A DNA stretch of 21,703 nt from an uncultured bacterium (lineage in GTDB: Bacteria; CSSED10-310; CAZUFC01), in NCBI GenBank assembly GCA_964619725.1, contig CAZUFC010000130.1, forward strand, positions 1-21,703, read 5' to 3'. Position numbers and translations under genes: made by a program. The notes beneath the pieces were generated by a model. It had not been told where the DNA came from and did no database searches. It saw only the letters and a list, made by a program, of their open reading frames with translations. Positions 16,049 to 21,703 of the stretch are shown in pieces (the stretch's first letter is position 1; each line of letters begins with the position of its first letter).

Positions 16049-17547
16049 TCAAGAAGCGCATCCATGATAATGCCAGGGCAAAGGCTTCATGATTACCTGT
16101 GAAAAATTGCTTGCATTGTATACCGTCGCCTTGCCTTCCTGGTTGTTTCCATTAGCGCTGTGAATGCGAGAGCCTGCTATGATGTCGTCCAGTCCGTCTC
16201 CATTAAAATCGCCGGCGCCTACCGACCATCCGAGCTCCTCAATCCCGTCTCCATAAGCAACGCATTCAGGACTGAATGGATATTCGAATCCAAAGGTGGA
16301 CCCGTAAAAAACGAATACCGCGCCTATGTTGTAATCATAGGCTTTCATACCGATTATTATGTCGCTAAAATCGTCGTCGTTTATCCTTCCATACGAAAGG
16401 CTGGAACCGAATTCTCCATACTTGGGCCCGTAAAGGCTTCTAAGGTAATAAATTCCCGACTGGCGGCCGTCGTAATAATAAACGCGGCCGGGAGAACCGC
16501 AACCGTAACTTTTTGCGCCTACGATAATGTCTGAGTATCCGTCATTGTAAACGTCTCCTGCAGAAGAAACCGCAGAACCGAACTCGCTGCCGTATTCATC
16601 AGAAGAGTCCGTCCAGGCAGGCGTTGAACTTAAACCTGAACTCGAACCATGATACAGATAGACGCGACCGTATTCGCCGCAACCTATGTAATCCGGCGCT
16701 CCGACTATGACGTCTGCATAACCGTCTCCGTTTACATCACCTGCAGAACTGACCGCCTGCCCGAATTTATCCCCGTCCTGGTCGCCGTCGTGAACGTCGG
16801 ATCAATAAAAACCGGGTAAACCGCTTCCTGGTCTTCAACGTAAATCCTGAACCGGAGATTATCCTCGCTTGTCCAAAATCGACATTCGATATCCTTACCC
16901 AGTGAATCGACAGCGTACAGGTCGCCGGCACGGAGAATAATACGGCCCGACTCATCATGAAAATCAACCGATCGGCCTTTCTCTTTTAATTCAGCAGTGA
17001 CGTCGCCTCCCAAAGCCGTTTCTATCCAGAATGACGACTCAATTCCTCCCAAAATTCTCTCGACTATCGTGAATCCCTGCTCCAGCCCATTCTGATCGTT
17101 GAAATACCATTCGGTCATCCCCGCTCCATAACTAAACTCCACTCGATTATCATATACCGAAGGCGCCCCTCTCGCACTGGATAGGGCCTCAGCGCCTCTC
17201 CCATATCCGTTCGGCTTTAATACGCATTTCCAACCATTCTCCATGCTTGTTCGCGGCGTTATCACCATCCTGTCGCTCATGAAATATGTTCGAAAATTAT
17301 ATGCCCTGTTCGGCGCCTGATACGCCGAATCTATGCCCTCAATCGGCGTTTTGTCGCTGAGCGTTACATTATATTCCGACTCGATTAAATGCTTCCTGGC
17401 TAAAGACCACCATGTCGTATCAAACGTCGACGGTTCATGCCCTTTAACGTTCGTCGCGGTTTCCGAAGAGAATAAAACCTCCTCATTCCCCATTAAAAAC
17501 AATACCAGGCAAATTGCTGGAACATATAATAATCGAAATTTCCTCAT
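16049..17547 (-). pseudogene. Frameshifted secreted FG-GAP (integrin-alpha-like) repeat protein
   Basis: Signal peptide and N-terminal domain ending YPVFIDPTF in ORF 16732-17547; a second frame is open from 16792 to 16049 and encodes four FG-GAP repeats (FGQAVSSAGDVNGDGYADVIVGAP etc.). Confidence 0.85.
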
Positions 17548-18006
17548 GCTGAAGCTCCTTTGCTCATTTCCCCGAAACGAAAATTAAAAAACGCGCTTCG
17601 CAGGAAACACAAGAGTCAAACGATAAAAATGCCTTCGAAAGCAAAACGCTTTGCCCCGCTTGCGAATCACATGCATTCATGCTTTTTTCCTTAAAAAATA
17701 TCAAACGTTACTCTTCGCTCACGACTTTTATCCAATAAATCATGAATGATTATCAACAGATTCATTTTACACATTGTTTTTGGAAATGCAAAACAAAATA
17801 GAGGCGGTGATCAAAATAACCCGAATTTTGAAAACAATTCTGAAATTTCGTAGGATTATACTCCGGCGTCATTTATTATTCAACAGAACGCAAAGGAGGT
17901 AGAATCATCAAGTCAGTTCAAAAAAAATTTTTACTGCGACGGATATGGTCAACGGGAATTTTCGTCTGTTCTTCCATTTCGTTCCCGGTGAAATGAGAGG
18001 TGGAGC

Positions 18007-18423
18007 ATGGGAGTAATGGGAGAAGCATTCAGAGCTTTCGCAAAACCTTTGCTTGAAGACCCTGAGCTTACTGAAGAAGAATTGAACCAGGCTTTGTCGC
18101 TTGTTCAACTTTGTTGGAATCTGGCATTATTACCGGAAAAGCAAAGAGAAGAAACTATAGAGAAGGTAAAACCACAATTCAAAATGGACGATGAGGATTT
18201 CGAGGAGTTCCGGCAGGCGGTCATCATGCCGATGATCAGACGACAACATGAGATGTTTCCAAACATGTTAAGGCGAGGGGGTGCGAGCGCTTCAAACCCG
18301 GCGGTGTCTCAGCAATCTCATGAAGGGGCAGGGCAGCAGGGAGGGATATCCTCGGAGACAGGACGCAATGATCCCTGCCCGTGCAAGAGCGGAAAGAAAT
18401 ACAAAAAGTGTTGCGGACGATAA
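18007..18423 (+). CDS. SEC-C motif-containing protein
   Basis: C-terminal GRNDPCPCKSGKKYKKCCGR; helical N-terminal region (FAKPLL...LCWNLALLP). Confidence 0.85.
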   Translation: MGVMGEAFRAFAKPLLEDPELTEEELNQALSLVQLCWNLALLPEKQREETIEKVKPQFKMDDEDFEEFRQAVIMPMIRRQHEMFPNMLRRGGASASNPAVSQQSHEGAGQQGGISSETGRNDPCPCKSGKKYKKCCGR

Positions 18424-18877
18424 ACTGACGTTTTTCAATGAGCGCATGTAGGATACGTTCAATCACGGACGATGTTTTGCTGTGATAAGGGGCTTAAAAA
18501 AGTCGACGGGATTAAAAATTGTCAGATGAAATTAAGCCCGAGACCCGGATAAAACGAAGGACGGAAATACTTAGCCGAACAGCTATGCGATAAGGATACA
18601 AAAGTATTGCAGAATGTTGCTATTGGATGAAGCAGGAGAATCCTGCTCGTCGACTTCTTGCGGTCGCTTTTCTATAGACGCTGTGTACAGACTGGTCTTG
18701 ATTAAGCCCGCAAAGCCCCTTAAAATTTACTCATGCTCTGATCAACGTGCCTGGATGCCATTAATATTCCGGCCTTGCGATCAGTCGTTCAGAGTTGAGT
18801 TTCGCCTATTATGGAAATGGGGCCATAAAATTTTAGGTTGCTGCTAAACGCTACCCTCACCTTACAGCAAGCAATTT

Positions 18878-21031
18878 TCATGCTATAGCCGCTTTAACCC
18901 GATCGGGCGTGACGGGCAACCGGAAGACCCTGGCGCCCACGGCATTAAAGACGGCATTGGCTATTACGGCCCCCATAGTAATGATAGCGGGTTCTCCTCC
19001 GCCCTGTGGATCGGCGTTTTTATCGTCTATGACCAGGGTATCGATTCGGGGGACCCAGGAAAAGCGGGGGATTTCGTATGTATCGAAGTTTTCATCCAGG
19101 ATTTTTCCGCCCCTGAAGCGAATGTCTTCCGCGAGAGCATATCCCAGTCCCATGGTGATGCATCCTTCAATCTGGATTCTCGTTCCTTCAGGATTGACCG
19201 AAAGGCCCATATCCTGGGCGCCCAGGACGCGTTTTACTGTGATTTGACCTGTCTTTTCATCGACCTCGACCTCAGCCATAGTCGTCACAAAGGTACCCGC
19301 ATCAATTCCGCATGCTGCTCCGTATCCTTTGCCGCCGGGAGTCTTACCCGGTTTCCAGTTGAATTTTTCCGCCGCTTTTTCCAGCAATCGCTTCATTTTT
19401 CCCTCCTTGAGGTGCTTCAACCTGAATTCTACCGGGTCCTTTCCTGCTTTGTGAGCCATGATGTCTATCTGGGACTCCCGGGCGAAAGTATTGGTATTGT
19501 TGCCGGGAGCCCTCCACGCTCCTGTGGCGAAAGGATGCGACCCGGGCGTTCCTCTCCATCCGGAACCATGCTCTACGGTTGAATGGTGAGGAATATCATA
19601 AAAATGGTCAGCGCCCCGGTCGCCGGCGAAATATACGTGATAGTCCCACAGAATCATGCGGCCTTCTTTGTTTAGGCCTGATTTTATTTTTACTACGGCA
19701 GCCGGCCTGAACGTATCGAGAAAAAATTCTTCACTGCGGCTCCAGGCGAGCTGAACGGGTTTTCCCGTCGCTTTCGCCGCTAGCGCCGCTTCTTTAACCT
19801 GCAGGTTGCTCGTTTTTCCTCCGAAACCGCCGCCTACAAAAGGCGATATGACCCGCACGTTTTCAGGTTTGATGCCCAGGACTTCAGCAGCCTGATCTTT
19901 CGCCCGAAAAGGCGTCTGTGAAGAGGGCCAGACAGTCGCTTTGCCGTCCTTGAATTCAACGACGGCAGTGTGAGGTTCAATGGGCGCATGCGCTTTATAT
20001 CCGTCCAAATACTTGTGTTCGATAATGATGTCTGCAGCGGCAAGTCCTGACTGGAGATTTCCTCCGCCGTCCACCTTTTGACCTTCGGGAGCTGCACTGA
20101 CTAAATGATCGAATATATTTTCTTCATTGAGTTGCGGTTCAGGGACATCATACTGAGTTTTTACTTTAGTCAGCGCTTCCCGGGCCTTATCAGGCGAAGA
20201 ATGCAGGACGGCTATGAAATCGTCTTCCTCAACGATTGATACTCCGTGGAGCTTTTTTGCTTCGCTGAGGTCGATGTTCAGCAATTTTGCATCATGAGAA
20301 GGGGGCCTGAGAACAGCGGCGTAAAGCATGCCCGGCAATTGAACGTCGCCTGCGAATTTTGCTGCTCCCGTTACCTTTTCCAATGCATCACGGCGCAAGT
20401 AAGGTTTACCCATTATTTCAAATTCTTTCGGCTTCTTCAGTTCAACCTTTCCGGAAGCCCTCCGGTCGATTTGTTTCCCCTTCGTCAATTGGCCGTAGGA
20501 AACTTTCCGGCCTGTTCCACGATGCATCACCATGCCATCCTCAGTCGTGACCTCATTAACAGGCGTTTCCAGGTATTCCGCTCCCAACTCCAGTAAAACC
20601 TGCCTGGCTTCCGCTCCGGCAGCCCTCAACTGCGGTCTGAAAAAGCGCGTCGACATGGAACCGAAAGTGCCCATATCCCAGGGACACAAGTCTGTATCGC
20701 CCATGACCATTTCAACGGCGTCCAGGCCGACGTCCAATTCGTCCGCCAGCATTTGAGCCAGCGATGTGACGATGCCCTGACCCATCTCTATCTTTCCCGT
20801 GAAGCATGAAACGCTGCCCTCTTCCGCTATCCGCAGGTAAGCATTGAAATCCTCCGGTATGCCCCGTCTGCCCCTCCCGGAATGGCTGCCCTGCGCCAAT
20901 ACGGTCCTGGGGCCTAACGTGAAAAATACAAAGATGCCGGTTCCTGCCGTTTTTAAAAATTCCCGTCGCGTCATGGGAAAAGCGGCCTTTATCTCCTTAG
21001 ATTCAACATCCGTACGATCCTCTTTTTTCAT
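18878..21031 (-). CDS. iorB: Molybdopterin-dependent oxidoreductase large subunit, isoquinoline 1-oxidoreductase beta / xanthine dehydrogenase family, Tat-exported
   Basis: Tat motif TRREFLK; KIEMGQGI, DMGTFGS, KVTGAAKFAGD, HAPIEPH, VGGGFGGK, AWRAPG, QIEGCITMGLG and GGGEP motifs; the symbol is family-level and the substrate is unknown. Confidence 0.92.
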   Translation of the reverse strand: MKKEDRTDVESKEIKAAFPMTRREFLKTAGTGIFVFFTLGPRTVLAQGSHSGRGRRGIPEDFNAYLRIAEEGSVSCFTGKIEMGQGIVTSLAQMLADELDVGLDAVEMVMGDTDLCPWDMGTFGSMSTRFFRPQLRAAGAEARQVLLELGAEYLETPVNEVTTEDGMVMHRGTGRKVSYGQLTKGKQIDRRASGKVELKKPKEFEIMGKPYLRRDALEKVTGAAKFAGDVQLPGMLYAAVLRPPSHDAKLLNIDLSEAKKLHGVSIVEEDDFIAVLHSSPDKAREALTKVKTQYDVPEPQLNEENIFDHLVSAAPEGQKVDGGGNLQSGLAAADIIIEHKYLDGYKAHAPIEPHTAVVEFKDGKATVWPSSQTPFRAKDQAAEVLGIKPENVRVISPFVGGGFGGKTSNLQVKEAALAAKATGKPVQLAWSRSEEFFLDTFRPAAVVKIKSGLNKEGRMILWDYHVYFAGDRGADHFYDIPHHSTVEHGSGWRGTPGSHPFATGAWRAPGNNTNTFARESQIDIMAHKAGKDPVEFRLKHLKEGKMKRLLEKAAEKFNWKPGKTPGGKGYGAACGIDAGTFVTTMAEVEVDEKTGQITVKRVLGAQDMGLSVNPEGTRIQIEGCITMGLGYALAEDIRFRGGKILDENFDTYEIPRFSWVPRIDTLVIDDKNADPQGGGEPAIITMGAVIANAVFNAVGARVFRLPVTPDRVKAAIA

Positions 21032-21507
21032 TTTATTTTGCCTCCCATGACTTCAGCCGCCGCTTCCACAGCCCGAATTATCCGTTGATGAGCCCCGCAA
21101 CGGCATAAGTTGTTTTCCATGCCCGCAATGATTTCTTCTCTGGAAGGTTTCGGGTTCTTCTTTAATAATGCGTAAGCGTTTAAAATCATTCCCGGAGTGC
21201 AATAACCGCATTGCAATGCATCATTGTCCATAAAAGCCTGCTGCAAAGGATGAGGATTACCGTTTTTCGCTAATCCTTCAATCGTAATGACCTTTTTGCC
21301 CTGGACAGCCTTAACGGGAGTAATGCATGAGCGTATGGCCTCATCATCCGCTAAAACAGTGCAGGCTCCGCATAGCCCCTCGCCGCAGCCGTATTTCGTC
21401 CCGGTTAAACCCAGATCGGTGCGTAACACCCATAACAGATAACGGTCCCCGTCGGTTTTTATTTCGACAGTTTTGCCGTTAAGGTTGAAAGAAATAACGT
21501 CGTTCAT
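21028..21507 (-). CDS. iorA: (2Fe-2S)-binding small subunit, IorA/CoxS family
   Basis: GTKYGCGEGLCGACTV...C and QCGYCTPGM...NLCRCG; GAGGAGG RBS; ATGA overlap with the large subunit gene; the symbol is family-level. Confidence 0.95.
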   Translation of the reverse strand: MNDVISFNLNGKTVEIKTDGDRYLLWVLRTDLGLTGTKYGCGEGLCGACTVLADDEAIRSCITPVKAVQGKKVITIEGLAKNGNPHPLQQAFMDNDALQCGYCTPGMILNAYALLKKNPKPSREEIIAGMENNLCRCGAHQRIIRAVEAAAEVMGGKIK

Positions 21508-21703
21508 ATTTCCTCCTCATGTTATCTCCCTGTTCATGTTCTATTTTGATGACGTTCAATAATTCCTTGAATTCATTACCTCTCCTTATTCCATGCCGTC
21601 ATTATTTTCCTCAGTTTCAGCCGCTGCCTCGCTATTAATAATGTTAGCATAGTGCCTGTCCATAAACTCGATTGTCGATTCAAAATTTAATGCTGGACAG
21701 TCA

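Noticed and set aside
17590-17670. Possible riboswitch (GGCAAA plus hairpin, minus strand) upstream of the FG-GAP gene
   Set aside because: Some pairing exists, but the conserved c-di-GMP-I features (GNRA-capped stem with receptor, second GCAAA element) are not identifiable; an Rfam scan would be needed.
18424-18877. ORF 18614-18847 and hairpin AGCAGGA-GAA-TCCTGCT
   Set aside because: No recognisable protein features; a lone 7-bp stem without a U-tract is weak evidence.
18909-21050. Opposite-strand and alternate-frame ORFs within the molybdoenzyme gene
   Set aside because: Shadow ORFs of a strongly supported CDS.
21656-21700. Inverted repeat CTGTCCA...TGGACAG upstream of the 2Fe-2S gene (Moco riboswitch or operator?)
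   Set aside because: Only 7 bp, at the window edge; not enough context to support a call.

Overview
Bacterial genomic window with three parts. (1) 1-11715: a repeat-rich spacer and a sigma-54-type promoter precede a five-gene plus-strand operon of secreted proteins. It encodes a 1908-aa acidic multidomain surface protein (SdrD/CnaB-like and IPT-like domains, parallel beta-helix, five C-terminal GDWNGDG repeats), three paralogous two-domain cupredoxin (multicopper-oxidase-like) proteins and a small exported protein. The copper ligands are split between the paralogues: the first has them only in domain 1, the second only in domain 2 and the third has none. This suggests an obligate heterotrimeric multicopper oxidase with one active site, and is the best candidate for an undescribed system here. 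(2) 12300-18000: mostly decayed genes (5'-truncated surface protein, internally deleted QueG-like 4Fe-4S protein, nonsense/frameshifted prenyltransferase-repeat protein, frameshifted FG-GAP protein) around an intact small carbonic anhydrase and a membrane protein. (3) 18007-21507: a SEC-C motif protein and a minus-strand IorA/IorB-family 2Fe-2S plus Tat-exported molybdopterin oxidoreductase pair. No rRNA, tRNA, CRISPR array or transposase was seen. All family calls are from motif recognition by eye, not database searches.
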